A stretch of DNA of 64,000 bases. It comes from Octopus sinensis (taxonomy: Eukaryota). Positions 50,490-64,000 of the stretch are shown here, piece after piece. The notes beneath the pieces were generated by a model that saw only the letters and a program-made list of their open reading frames with translations, did no database searches and was not told the DNA's origin. The DNA lies in assembly GCF_006345805.1 (NCBI RefSeq), contig NC_042999.1, forward strand, positions 127,038,001 to 127,102,000, in the 5' to 3' direction. Numbering within the stretch: position 1 is the first letter of the stretch; each line of letters starts with the position of its first letter. Position numbers and translations under genes: made by a program.

Positions 50490-51402
50490 AACTATATTTA
50501 TATATAAATATATATGTTCCATTTAAAGCCACTAAACCTAAACAGTTGTTTATAAAAAAACTGAGTCAATTTTAATGAATAGATAATTTTAGTCAAGAAA
50601 ATATATTTATAAATTTTTAAACAAACCTGAAGGCTGGAAATTACAGAGAAGAGCGACACAATATATTTATACAATGTATTTATTTACACATATAAATAAA
50701 TAAAAAGATCTATGTGTGTCGCTCTCCTCCGTAATGTTCAATTCCCAGTGGTTGGGCCCATCTTTTTTCTGTCAATTGTTTAGTTTTAGTCACTTTAAAT
50801 AGGGCATATATTATAAATAATATATAATTATAGTTACCATTAAAAAGGACTTATGTGTGTAGCTCTTCTCTGTAATTTACAGCTTTCAGGTTTGTTTAGA
50901 AATTTAAAAAATATATATTCTTGACTAAAATTATCTATACATTAAAATTGGCTGAAATTGATGGGCAAGCTATGTGGATGAAATGGGTGCATATGGAGCA
51001 ATGGAAGCATTAACATCATGTTCAGTTCCCAGTGGTTAAGCCCATCTTTTTTCTGTCAGTTGTTTAGGTTTAGTTGCTTTAAATGAAGCATATAATGGCA
51101 ATCAACATGATTGATTGCTAGCTACTAAAGCCTTCTTTTTTTATTCTCTCTCCGTTTATTTTCTTGTGTTCCTTTCTGTTGAAGAGCGTAGGCTCAAAAC
51201 GTAAAAGACTTTCTCACTTTCCCCGAGCATTAAACTAATGCACATGTTTGTTGCTTACATGCCTGTCTTTGTCTTTTGTTTTTTTTTGTACTATTCCAAA
51301 CATATGTTATTATAAATAATATACAATTATAGTTATAATTAAAAAGGACCTATGTGTGTCACTCTTCTCATAATTTACAGCCTCAAGGTTTGTTTATAAA
51401 TA
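50490..51402. mobile_element. Scrambled array of direct and inverted modules around a PLE-like pseudo-LTR
   Basis: 50564-50660 is inverted to 50856-50953. 50734-50810 is direct to 51018-51094. 50806-50900 is direct to 51301-51400. A hammerhead-like motif lies at 51172-51207. Confidence 0.7.
51172..51207 (+). ncRNA. Minimal type I hammerhead-like motif (C3-G8 type; A6U and G12A deviations)
   Basis: CUUU-CUGUUGA-A-GAGC GUAG GCUC-AAA-ACGU-A-AAAG, with 4-bp stem I, 4-bp stem II and palindromic ACGU stem III. Confidence 0.6.
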
Positions 51403-51411
51403 TATACATAT

Positions 51412-51793
51412 AGGCACAGGTGTGGCTAAGTGGTAAGAAGCTTGTTTCCCAACCACATGGTTCCAGGTTCATTCCCACTGCATGGCACCTCGGGCAAGTG
51501 TCTTCCGGGCTAACCAAAGCCTTGTCAGTGGATTTTGTAGATGGAAATCGAAAGAAGCCTGTCGTATATACATGTATATGTTTGTGTGTCTGTGTTTGTC
51601 CCCACCACCATCGCTTGACAACCAATGCTGGTGTGTTTACATCTCCCATAACTTAGCGGTTCGGCAAAAGAGACCGATATAATAAGTACTAGGCTTACAA
51701 AGAATAAGTCCTGGGATTGATTCATTTGACTAAAGGCAGTGCTCCAGCATGGCTGCAGTCAAATGACTGAAACAAATAAAGAAATAAAAGAAT
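51412..51793 (+). mobile_element. Full-length SINE family A
   Basis: GGCACAGGTGTGGCTAAGTGGTAAGAAGCTT...GGTTCATTCCCACTG...GACTGAAACAAATAAAGAAATAAAAGAAT. Confidence 0.9.
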
Positions 51794-51816
51794 AGATACA
51801 CGCACACACACACATA

Positions 51817-52439
51817 TCTACACATATAAATTTGACATAGGCGATTCTTTTTTGTCTTGGGATTCAGTCAAACTGCTGGGTGGAATTGTATGAAAAATTA
51901 CACAGATGTGTTGAATGATCTGGTAGTGATGCAGGGCTTTATATTTTTTCATAGCTTTCATGGTTACCGAGATAATCTACTATAATAATACTCTTGGGTT
52001 TATGAATGAGAAAGGAAGGGGTGATAGATGAATAAGGAAGGGGTGATGTCATAAGTGGTAGTGGGATGATGAAAATTGTATGCTGAAAAAATGAATCAAA
52101 CTGCATTTTAACTCTGTGTGAATATACGTGTGTGTATGTAAAAGGGGGTATGTGAATGTGTGTGTGTATGTGTGTGTACGTGTGCACGCGCAATGGAAGT
52201 GGGATGGTTCATCTTTGTTCGCTTAGTATTTGGGTTTATTTTTTGATTTGGTTGAATCTTGGTTGGTTTTTTTTTTGTTGTTGTTGGTCAGTTATTTTTA
52301 GCGTTTTGACAGAAAAAAAAATCATTCTAAAATTGTTTTTTTAACGTAAGCATGCCCAAACAAGTCGAATGCTTACACAGCACAGGTTTTACAGTCACAT
52401 CATCCAAACCAACCGGGTGAAACCGGGCTTAGCTGCTAG
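51817..52439 (+). mobile_element. Non-autonomous Helitron (TC...CTAG in an A|T target)
   Basis: 5' A|TCTACACATATAAA. 3' hairpin CCGG-GTGAAA-CCGG followed by GCTTAGCTG-CTAG|T. Confidence 0.75.
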
Positions 52440-53124
52440 TATATATATATATACATTTTCACATTAAGTATATATATTTTACATCTCGTTCAGAGATTTA
52501 TTATTGCTATATATATTTTGTTTATCATTTTATTCTGATTCTATTCTAAGAATATTGTCCTATTTACTTGTGAAACTTTAAGTGCTTGTACTAATTTATT
52601 ATCAATAATAAAGGGAAAATTCAACTATCTATCTGTTGTCTGTCTGTCTGTCAATCTATCTGTCTATCTGTTGTCTGTCTATCAACCTATGTATAAATAA
52701 ATTTATTAATCTATCTGTTTGTATGTCTATTTATCTGTCTCACTATCTGTGTCACTTATAAATAAAGAGAGCACATAACTGCTTCCTTATATTCAAAGAA
52801 TTGCCTGCTCTTTAAAGAACTCCTCTATCTGTCTGTCCATCTATCTGTCTATGTATGTATGTATGTATGTATGTATGTATGTATGTATATATCTATCTAT
52901 CTATCCATTCATCTATCTATCTATCCATCTAACCATCTATTTATCTATTTCTAAATCTATCTATCTATCAGCAGTTGTCATCCATTCTGGAATGGAAAAA
53001 AATGTCCAGGAAAGAAAACATAACTCTACTATCATGCATCAGAGAATCTGTAACTTGATGATTGTCAAAATAGAAGCATGACATAAAATAAGTAGGTAGG
53101 TGAGTGTATAGATAACTGTCTCTG

Positions 53125-53155
<31 letters not shown>

Positions 53156-53184
53156 TAAATAGATAGATAGATATATATATATGA

Positions 53185-53281
<97 letters not shown>

Positions 53282-53551
53282 TACATATATGTACATACAT
53301 AAATATAAATATACAGTGTATTTATTTACACATATAAGCTGTGATTTCAGTGTAAACATCTCAAAAGAGCACTGAGTGAAAATAGGAAGATGTTATCTTG
53401 ATAGAGAGGAAGTTCCTATCTTGTTCATCAATGCAAAATAAGATTCCTGTCTACTACTACTAATTGAAGTATTCTCCAAAGTGCTATTATCCTTTGCCTC
53501 TACCAGCCAGCTATCCAGCCAGCAGGCCAACCAGCCAGCTAGCCAAACAGG

Positions 53552-53590
<39 letters not shown>

Positions 53591-53744
53591 ACGGAAAGAC
53601 TGACAGACAGATAAACTGACACACAGCTTAAACAGCCAACCATCATAAGTAACACACATACAATCCAGTGCTTATCCATATTTTGACACACCCACAAATT
53701 AACCTTTTTACCATATTTCCTCATTGACACACTCACTCACTCAT

Positions 53745-53816
<72 letters not shown>

Positions 53817-54110
53817 ACACACACACACACTCACACACACACTCCCCCTCCCTCTCACAAGCACACACACAATAATGCCATCAAGTTAAGGCAGTTTTAT
53901 TTTCACAGAGGTTTCATACGTATATATATTAAGAGATGCAATAAGACCAGAATCACTTGGTCAGGTGGTCTCGATGTTAGGGTGGCAGTAGTTATCTTCC
54001 ACTTGCAATAGATATTGAGTGCAGAAAGCGCACTGAATAAACCAGCTGGAGGAGACGTCTTCCTGGGGTTAAAACAGCACTATCATCATCTCTTAGAAAA
54101 CAGAGTAAAG

Positions 54111-55277
54111 AAAAAGAGTAAATAAAATTGCCATTGGCTTCAAACACGCCCTCCAGACGACTTTGGAATCTCTTGCAATTCTTCTGGATGATCTCCTTGT
54201 TTAAGTTGGTGAATGCTGCCACAATCCTTGCCTTCAGTTCATCTTTGGTGTTACTAAGAGTTGTTGGTCTCTTGTTCAACTATGCCCTACACATAATAAT
54301 CAAGGAGTTTGCAGTCTGGTGGCCAGATGTTAAGGGTGATGTGGTTGCAGAAATTGTCTGACAACCATGACTGGGTTCTCCTGCTTGTGTGGCATGGTGC
54401 AGAGTTGTGTTGCCAGACATAGGGTCTTCCGGCAGCCATCCGCTTGACCCAGGGCAGCACTATCTCCTCCAGACACTACCTCCATGTTGAATGTGAAGCT
54501 GTGTGGGAGGATGAATGGAGGTATAACATCACCATCACTAGTGATCACTCCAAACACCATGATGTTGACTGGATGTTTGATTTTTATCTCTCTTGGTACA
54601 TATTTTGTGGACATAGCACAAACCAACAGTTATTCTGTATATTTACCATCAGATCCTGGCAGAAATGTTTTCTCATTTGAAAAAATCCAAAACCTGTTCA
54701 GTTGGAGAGGATGCTCAAGTTTGTTCAAAAGCTTCGTAGCACAGTCTTTCCTCTTGTCCTTGATGACTTGGGATAAAAATTCGCCCTTTCTCATCTTGCA
54801 TGAGGAATACTGAATGTCTTCATGCACTACCTGCCTGATAAGAAACTCAGACCCTCTCATGTGCCTGATGATGGATCTAATTGACTAGGAGAGATTGTTG
54901 TCAGTCATGGCCTGGATCTAACCAACAAATTCAGGAGTTCTTTTCTTATCAGAACGATCAGAGTGAGTATTCTGAGCTGCTGTATCTTTGTAATCACTGT
55001 TAAACTCATCCAACTCTTTCTGAATCCTCTGCACTATCCTCAGATTGATACCCAAACACTCTGAAATGTTTGTATTGGAGGTTCCAGCACAAATGTCAAG
55101 CAGTACAACATGTCATTTACAAATTTCTGGCAGAGTGAATTGTGTCATGGTGTTGTTTTTCTCACAGTCGGTGCCCAAATGACCCTACTATACTGTGTCG
55201 TCAACAAAATCAAAAATAAACAATTAAAAATGTAAGTTGAAAATATAAAATGGCAACAATTTACTCATCACATCCTG
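54111..55277 (-). mobile_element. maT-family transposon with undeleted but decayed transposase; 3' TIR missing
   Basis: Left TIR TA|CAGGATGTGATGAGTAAATTG, ATG at 55148, and the peptides WIFSNEKTF, KHPVNIMVFGVITSDGDVIPP and NTKDELKARIVAAF...RFQSRLEGVFEANG. Confidence 0.9.
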
Positions 55278-55367
55278 TATATACATATGTGTGTCTAAAC
55301 AGACACACATACAGGTACATACAAATACACACACACACACACATACACACACACAGATATCATCATC

Positions 55368-55960
55368 ATCATTATCATCATCCTTTTATACCCATTTTTC
55401 CATTTGCATGGGCTTGATGTGTCCTCTCCAGCACAGTTTCTTGCAACAAGTTGTAATGTTTTGTCAGCTTCTTCATGAGGTTAAACCTTCTTAAGATTTC
55501 ACATTTTCTTTTCATATTTCCATTGTTCTTCCTCTTGCACCTGTTCCTTCCAACTTAGATTCTTTGGCAATTCTTTACTCCTCCTTCCCCCATATACATC
55601 ACATGTCCATACTAGCTCAGTCTCTTTTGTTGCATTCTGTATCTGATTCCTCTTATACCCTTTTTTCCCTCTCTGCCCATTCTGCTTCTATCATTTATTC
55701 ACACTAACATCACACACCAACAGAGAACAATCAGTTTATCTTTCCAGGTTTTGCAAATTCAATGCACATATTTCATTACTTTTAACTGTCATGCTGCATC
55801 ATATTTTGCATATATGCATCATGCAATATGCTTTTCTCTTAAAGTGAATCCCCTTGCTGCCAGCTAAGGTAACAACTTCCTTTTTCTAAACTATTATAAC
55901 ACTAGTTACTATATTAAACTGCTAATTAGATCACCCAGATAACAGAAATTATCAATTACA
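55368..55960 (-). mobile_element. Decayed RTE LINE 3' fragment
   Basis: The minus strand reads VIDNFCYLGDLISS, homologous to VVDSFCYLGNQVSS at 24730, and ends in a (CAT)n tail at 55360. Confidence 0.65.
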
Positions 55961-56792
55961 TGGGTGGTCTCACTGCTAACTACAGTGATAGAAATAGGGG
56001 GTGCACAAGGCTATGGTACCCCCCTACATTTCATTTTGCAGAAGGGTTGGCTTATAATGTTTAGTCTCACTTTCCCAGCCTTCAGCTTCTTAGACCTTAG
56101 TGTATCCCTAGCTCCTAACATCCATTTCTATAATCAGCTTACTACTTCCATGCATCTGCTATATATTAAATCCTTCTTTTCTATCAGCCTGCCCCTGATA
56201 CCATGTCATCGATTTACATTGATGTTTACATTGATTATATCTAATCAGAAAGTGAATAACTGTTCCCATGAAGTTTTCTACATAGATTGAGAAACCAAAA
56301 TAATAAATTCATAGTTTATCTTCAAACCAGGAATCAGACTTAATCCTAAAAGTCATGTGGTGTTATTAAACTGAACAACTGATTAAATCTATTTCCAGAG
56401 AACATGTACAGCCCATTCAACAAGCTTACAGCGTTTCTGTCTGCCTGATTTCATGCTCAAAGTGTGAACCAGCCTGAAGCTATTGCAGTAAACCCTTCCT
56501 GAGCAGTTTCATATGATGGACTCAAACTAGAACCAGACTGTAATGGAAACTTCTTTCTATATGTTCATACTTTTGCCAAAATATTCATTGATTACATTTT
56601 CTAAATCTTCAGTTCTGGATTTCAAGTAGCACAGATGCCAGGGAGTAAGATAATTGCATAAGAACCAGACTCCCTTTACATCCTGGATAATCTACACCAA
56701 TACATATTTATTCACCAAACTGCAACATCTCTCCCCCAAATACTACTTTCTTCTGGACTTAACTCAGACTATGTACCAATTATTCTCTAAAA

Positions 56793-57279
56793 CAGGGGTC
56801 CTCAACCATTGGGCCATGGACCAGTACGGAGTCATGAATCATTGGGCACCAGGCCACACAGAAAGAATAAATTTTTAAAATTCTATTTTCTATTTTATTG
56901 ACAATTGCAATCTGTATGGTGTTTTTGCATTATGTATGTATTATGAGAGGGTACCCAAAAGTCACAGAGGGGTCTAAAAGTTTAATAAATTTGTTTTAAT
57001 TATATTTATTTGTGATTGTAATTCACTCCTAATGTACATATATTTTGTATGCATATATACATATATATATACTATATGTAGTGCTAAGTTAGCATAAAGT
57101 TAAAATAGCATAAATGAATTATTAACACCTTTTGTGACTTTTTGGCCATCCTTTTTATGTAATTTGAATTATGTATTGTGAATTTTATTGTATTTTGTTA
57201 TGCAAGTGATCCCCAAATCCAAAGAAAAATTGTCTTGCATGAAACCAGTCTGTAGTGCAAAAAAGGGTGAGGACTGCTG
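56793..57279. mobile_element. hAT Charlie-like element with 8-bp TSD
   Basis: TIRs CAGGGGTCCTCAACC / GGGTGAGGACTGCTG. TSD CTCTAAAA (56785-56792) and ATCTAAAA (57280-57287). Confidence 0.85.
56945..57155. mobile_element. Tc1/mariner-like MITE nested in the hAT element
   Basis: GAGGGTACCCAAAAGTCACAGAGGGGT is an imperfect inverse of ACACCTTTTGTGACTTTTTGGCCATCCT. Confidence 0.55.
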
Positions 57280-57770
57280 ATCTAAAACATAAATGAAGAA
57301 AGCAAAAGCATTTTACAAAGCACAATGGAATGAATTCTGTCACAAAAAGAGAAGCAGAGTTTTCAGCAATCAACATCACAATCACTAACAAATGCTGCAA
57401 TATGTATCAGTCAGTATTGGAGATTCCACGTGGTTACTCGACCTGCTAGAAGTAGCGGCTAAATCTTACTCAAATTATATGCAACTGTTTTGGGAAAAAA
57501 ATTTAAAAAAGAACATGCTGGATAATGTAGTCTTGGATTCTCTGCACAAAAGAAAAAGATGGAATGGTTCTGATCTGCATGGATTGGACTGAACTGGGAC
57601 TAAACAACAACTGTAGTACATACATTCAACAAAATAGTTATAGACATGAAAAAAGCCCCCAGTATGCTCTGTAAAATGGTTGGCATTAGAAAGGAACCTG
57701 CCCATAGAAAACATGCCAAAGCAGATATTGGAATACAAACACAGTCCTCCAACTTGTCATGTCCTGCATA

Positions 57771-58100
57771 GTTCTGTGTGGCACCTTGAGCAAGCGTCTT
57801 CTACGATAGCCTCAAGCTGACCAAAGCTTTGCAAATGGATTTGGTAGAAGTAAACTGAAAGAAGCCTGTTGTATGGTGTGCGTGTGTCTTTGTGTCTGTG
57901 TTTGTCCCTTGCTTAACAACTGGCGTTGGTGTGTTTACATCCCTGTAACTAAGCAGTTTGGCAAAAAAAAAAAAGATCAATACAATATGTACCAGACTTT
58001 AAAAGGAATAAGTACAGGAGGGGTACAGGGGTAAAATTCTTCAAGGCGGTGCTCCAGCATGGCTGTAGTCTAATGACTGAAACAAGATAAAAAATAAAAT
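57771..58100 (+). mobile_element. SINE family A, 5'-truncated
   Basis: GTGGCACCTTGAGCAAGCGTCTTC...ACTGAAAGAAGCCTGT...GGCGGTGCTCCAGCATGGC...GACTGAAACAAG. Confidence 0.85.
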
Positions 58101-58956
58101 CTAAATAGTATTTACCTGGCCAATCAACACTAGTGTATCTCTAAATTGGTAAATTTTGGCACAAGGCCAACAATTTCGATGAGGATCTAAGTCGGTTATA
58201 TTAACCCCAGTGTGTAACTAGTACTTATTTTATTGACACCAAAAGGACAAAAGATTTTGAAATGATGATGACAATGATGACAATTACAAATGACGACAAC
58301 AATGACAATGTTGATGATGATGATGATGATAATGATGACAACAACAACAGTGATGACAATGAAGATGAGCACGAAGATGACAAGAGTAATAACAACAATA
58401 ATAATGGTGAAGATGACCACGATGATGATAATGATAATGACATCAAAAAACGTACCCCACAAAGCAATATAAAAATAAACAATCCCAATTCTGAAATAAC
58501 CTTAAACACAATACCCTTAAACCAAAACAAAGCTCAGCTTCAACCAACTAGAGGAAACTGTAAGTTATTAGTCAATAGTCCATCCTAAGCTGTAACACAC
58601 ACCAGTCCATGCATACCCATCTGTTTTGCAATATCATGATTTAATATCCACACATTCCAGGTAGCAACTAATGTTCATACTTTGGTCATTACATTCTGAC
58701 CGCTCAACCAACTAACTTCCTGTTTGCTTCTGTCAGTTATTGTCATATTTGTAACAGTTTTATGCACATCTGGTAATTGTCATACAAAGAAAAATGCCAA
58801 CCATTCCTCAAGTCTAACTGAAGCAGGATAGTTGAGCCAGAGGTTAGTAACCTCTTATTCTAAATAATAATCATAAAAGCCAAAAAAAAACAAAAAAAAA
58901 AAAAAGTTTGCAACTGAAATCAGTCAGAGGAATCAAAGAAAACAAACAAATATCAG

Positions 58957-58997
<41 letters not shown>

Positions 58998-59020
58998 TAT
59001 AATAATAATAATTGTAATAG

Positions 59021-59076
<56 letters not shown>

Positions 59077-59137
59077 GTAGTGATGATGGTAGTGATGATG
59101 ATGATGATGATGATGATGATGGTAGTGATGATGGTAG

Positions 59138-59177
<40 letters not shown>

Positions 59178-59178
59178 A

Positions 59179-59234
<56 letters not shown>
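58957..59234. repeat. Compound (TAA)n-(TGA)n-(TAA)n repeat with GGTAGT interruptions
   Basis: Directly visible. Confidence 0.95.
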
Positions 59235-60354
59235 GCAAAGCAACAGCAAACCAAGGCCAGTACCAGGATGATACAGTGTGTGAGGTGGGGGTTTATATAA
59301 AAAGGCATAAATGAATGAGTTAATAAATGAATAAATGAATAAGTAAGTAAATGAATAAATGAATGAATAAATAGATAAATAAATATATATATATATGAAT
59401 AAATAAACTCATAGAAAATGAAGAAACTGACAAACTTTGTATCTAACTGAAACAGGAACAGTAAAACACTATTATATAGGGTAATTAGCGTCATCAACGT
59501 CAACAATAATAACGATGAAGGCTGCATCACACCTCATGCCACAATAACAACCTCAAATAAAATACCCACATTTTTTGTTTCCCCAGCAGAATTCAATGAT
59601 AACAACCCATGTCAGTATATGAAAAATATCACCTCCAAACATCCATATAAACAATACTCTTGAACACTGCTTACAACTGCATGCTAAAATCATTTTCCCC
59701 TCAGCCTATTTAGAGAAACATTACAAAGAAAAGTAAATCTACTCACAAATAACTGCAATATTATTTCAAGTACTGTGCTATAATGCCCATGACCAACAAT
59801 TACATTGCTGCCATGTTAAAAGCAGCCAGCACACTTTGCAAAAATGATTGGCACTAGGGAGGGCATCCCACAGTAGAAAACCAACCAAATCAGAACCTGA
59901 TGCAGCTCTCTGGCTTACTAGCTCTGGTCAAACTGTCCAAGCCACACCAGCATGGAAAACGGACTTTAAAGGAGTAGGAGTAGGAGGAGGAGGAGGACGA
60001 TGAAGAGGAGGAACTGTCACCCTCTGGTTGGCTCCATCTTGTTAGCTTCTGTTGTTACCACCACCAGAAGTTACGAACAAATAGAAATAGACAAGACAGT
60101 AGAGAGAGTGCAGTATGTCCAGATTGTCATAATGCACCCTTTGTAATTCATCACATGTGAGAGTCTGCAGTATGGTTCTCTGTTAAGCAGAGACAAGGTA
60201 TAATAAAGAAGATGAATCGAAGGGTTGCAATAAATTTGGACATCAACCCACATGCCATATATATCTTAATCAATCCAATCTGACCTGGGGCAACACAAAA
60301 ACTAGTATTGAGATAGACTCAGTTGCTGACAGTCAAAGGTCTCTGACATAGGTA

Positions 60355-60552
60355 CTTCTTTCTACAATATGCACAAAGCCTGAAATTTATGGGGAGGGGC
60401 TAAATTGACTCCAGTGCTTGACTGGTGCTTATTTTATCAACCCTGAAAGGATGACAGGCAAAGCTGACCTTGGCAGGATTTGAGATCAGAACAAAAAGAC
60501 AGAAAGATAGATAAAATGTTGATAAATATTTTGTCCAGCGTGCTGACAACTC
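60355..60552 (-). mobile_element. SINE family B
   Basis: CTTTCTAC...GACTGGTGCTTATTTTATCAACCCTGAAAGGATGACAGGCAAAG...GTGCTGACAACTCT. Confidence 0.75.
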
Positions 60553-61653
60553 TAAACTCTGACATAGACAAGGAAAAAGTATCAGTGAGAGAATATGAAC
60601 TGCCAACTTCTTTATCATTGTCTAATATTTTCTTGAATTGACTATTATTCATGACTTATGACTATCTGTAATATTTCAATAACGTGATGTGCTTCTGTTT
60701 AATACATTGCAGATCTTGCTTCCAATATCAGCCTCTGAATTAACATATTTCAATAAGATTATCAATCTCATGATAACTGCTAGTTGTCCAACCAGTTAAT
60801 TTAGGCCTTAACAAAACTTCATTCCTATTCTTCCTTGCTCCATAATCTGGATATCCACCTTCAGCTTTATTACTAATTAAATGGTAGATTATGAGTTAAA
60901 AAATACATATGTACAAGAAATAATGGTGTATACCAGGAAGATATGGTCAGTGGATACAGAGAACTGGTTTCATATAAAGAGAAACAAGTTGTCAACTATA
61001 TATTGGACATTATGCAAAAAAAAAAAAAAAAGAAAAAACCCAAATACAAGTGAGTTGAAAAATCTACTGAGATTAAATGGTACATATGTATGAGGTATGT
61101 TGTATTAAGAGATAGAGAAGAAACCTTTGGAAGAGTAGTCCAAACAGGTTTGGGAACAGTGTAGCTCAGTGAAGAAATGTTGCAGAATCAAGACTCAGAG
61201 AAACACTTTTCAAATTTATACGTCATTGTCGTCATCATTGTTGTTATCAGTATTGTCATCGTTGCCATTGTTGTTTCTGTCACTGCCCTCATTGTTGCCA
61301 TGATTGTCATCATCATCATTTTAACACTCACTTTGCCATACTTGTATAAATCATCGGGAGTTCATTGTGACAGATTTTCTACAACCTTTCTTGTCGCTTC
61401 ACCTGTTTCCAAGCAAAGTATAATTTCCTTGTGGCTAAACATGTTTATGCAGAAGATTTGAAGCAAGTGGCATAGTTTGTATGAGGGTAACATTCATTTA
61501 CAGCTATTGCATGATGTCAAGACAAAGAGTCACAAAAACCTACACATTACCCCCATCTATCTAACAGTCTGTCTATCTATCTATCTATCTGTCTGTCTGT
61601 CTGTCTGTCTGTCAGTCTGTCAGTCTGTCAGTTTGTCTGTCTGTCTGTCTGTC

Positions 61654-61742
<89 letters not shown>

Positions 61743-61757
61743 TATAACAAACCATTG

Positions 61758-62060
61758 TGGAGGCCAATGGCCCAGTGGTTAGGGCAGCTGACTCACGGTC
61801 GTAGGATCGCGGTTTTGATTCCCAGACCGGGCATTGTGAGTGTTTATTGAGCAAAAACACCTAAAGTTCCAGAAGGCTTCAGCAAGGGGTGGTGGCGATC
61901 CCTGCTGTACTCTTTCACCACAACTTTCTCTCACTCTTTCTTCTGTTGGCCTGCTCACTTAGCCAGTGGGGTGGCGTCATTTGAAGGCTAAAACAATGCA
62001 AAGAGCATTGTGACCAGCGATGAGTAGCAGCATCTGATAGCCTGGTCGGTCACGGTGATA
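61758..62060 (+). mobile_element. tRNA-derived SINE (distinct C-like family)
   Basis: A box TGGCCCAGTGG, B-box-like GGTTTTGATTCC, and a tRNA-like head with an anticodon-arm-like GCTGACTCACGGTCG. Confidence 0.8.
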
Positions 62061-62197
62061 ACAAACCATTAGTACCAAGTGTTAAGGTATGAGCAGAATT
62101 TAGGTTAGTTAAAATATGTTTGTTGCATACTTCAAAACTGCTAAAAGGCAAATACACTGCGGTTACCATGGAGATAGTAAAAGATGTGAAAACACCC

Positions 62198-63015
62198 AGT
62201 AAATTGTCATCCTTTTATAGTTTTAATTTTGCACATGCGCATTGTTTGTTATTGATTTTGTCAACTACACAGTGCAGTTGGGCACTGTCTGTGAGTAAAA
62301 CAGCACCATGATACAATTCACTCTGCCAGAAATTTGGAAATGACATGCTGTACTGCTTGGCATTTACACTAGAAACTCCAATACAAACGTTTCAAAGTGC
62401 CGAGTGTCAATCTCAGAACATGTACCACAAGGGATAAAAATCAAACAGCCAGTCAATATCATAGTGTTTGGAATGATGGTGACATCTTCTTACATGGCCT
62501 CACACTCAACATGGAAGCCTACATCAAGTGCCTGGAGGAGGCAGTACTGCTCTTCATCAAGAGGATAGCTACTGGACAACCCTATGTCTAACAACAGGAC
62601 TCTACACCATGCTGCACAAGCAGGAGAACCCAGTCATGGCTGTCAGACAATTTCTGTGACTACACCACCCCTGACATCTGGCCACCTGACTCCACAGACT
62701 GCAACCCCCTTGATTATTATGTGTGGGGCACAGTTGAGTGAGAGACCAACAAAACTCTTAGTAACACCAAAGATGAACTGAAGGCAAGGATTATGGCAGC
62801 ATTCACCAACTCAAAAAAGGGGACCATCCAGAAGAATTGCAGGAGATTCCAAAGTCATCTGGAGGTCGTGTTTGAAGCCAATGGCAATTTTATTGAATAA
62901 ATTTACTCTTTAGTATTTCAAGATAATTTTATGTAATTTTGGTAAATATATCTGAGATGTCATTGTTATTTTCCTTTTTGCATAAATTTAGACGACAGTT
63001 TTTTACTCCACCATG
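62198..63015 (+). mobile_element. maT (DD37D) element with internal deletion; right TIR and TA present
   Basis: YV*QQDSTPCC...WPPDSTDCNPLDYYVWG (37-aa spacing). It ends GACAGTTTTTACTCCACCATG|TA. Confidence 0.9.
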
Positions 63016-63275
63016 TATGTATGTGTATATATACATACATACATACATATTTATATATATATTTACAGTTATACATGTGTAATGATAATAGTGAAGATAT
63101 CTAATGTGGTTCAATGATTTAGCGTCTCTTTGCAGCATATAGGGCAGAAAAAGTTTTTTCTATGCCCTTAATTACAATTGTATTTATGATTTCACCTTAA
63201 TCATTTCTTTTTTTTTCTATGCAGGCAACTGATAAAACTTTTGACAATTTTATGCTTTATATTATAATTATGTAT

Positions 63276-63376
<101 letters not shown>

Positions 63377-63423
63377 ATATATATATATATATATATGTAC
63401 ATATTCATACATACATACATAAA

Positions 63424-63536
<113 letters not shown>

Positions 63537-64000
63537 AACATGCACACACAGAGGCATGTTTTAGTTTTAGTTTCCATCTACAAAATCTGTTCACAAGGCT
63601 TTGGTAGACTTAGGGCTGTAGTAGAAGACATGCAGTGGAACTGAACCTGAAATCACTAGGTTGGAAAGTGCAAAAAACATTCAGTGATAATAATAACATG
63701 ATGATAGGGAGAGAATTCTATTCCATCACATGAACATTTCTCAATGCTGCTATTAGTAACTATAATAAAACTAAAACCATTCCATTCAGTCCCTCTGGCA
63801 TGAAGAGATACCACAGAAATCTCTTGTTTCTCATTTAACTAGAAATAGAATGAATAAAACAATATTAAAAGGGAGAGAGAATGGACTGATGTCAGAGTCA
63901 AACAAACATGACTAAAGGTTAGACTTTGTACAATACCAAGAAAGGGTCCTGGCTCAAGGGAATATATGAAATGACTATGTCTTTGAGTGAATTATAGAAA

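Noticed and set aside
58196-59530. Asp/Asn/Ile/Ser-rich ORFs up to 177 aa
   Set aside because: They are trinucleotide repeat read-throughs.
61758-61832. tRNA gene candidates (also 5305, 13368, 46490)
   Set aside because: The A/B boxes continue into SINE bodies, with no complete cloverleaf or Pol III terminator.

Overview
AT-rich, microsatellite-saturated animal DNA, either intergenic or deep intronic. I cannot recognise any intact host protein-coding gene, tRNA, rRNA or CRISPR array. Nearly all listed ORFs are read-throughs of simple repeats or decayed transposons. The mix of tRNA-derived SINEs, RTE LINE tails ending in (GAT)n and very dense (TA)n/(CA)n/(TATG)n tracts resembles an octopus (coleoid cephalopod) genome; this is an inference. 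The window holds many tRNA-derived SINEs of at least three families, RTE and CR1/L2-type LINE fragments, Tc1/mariner elements (mariner-type, maT DD37D, probable rosa DD41D), hAT MITEs with 8-bp TSDs, a non-autonomous Helitron and a solo LTR, often nested. The most striking signal is a set of (TA)n-flanked fold-back elements resembling Penelope-like element (PLE) pseudo-LTRs. They carry minimal type I hammerhead-ribozyme folds with different versions of the core 3-8 base pair. A G3-C8 version lies in a perfect 126-bp palindrome (14432-14698), a U3-A8 version at 13845-13880, and C3-G8-type versions at 51172 and 6034. All structures were read by eye and none has been tested computationally or biochemically.
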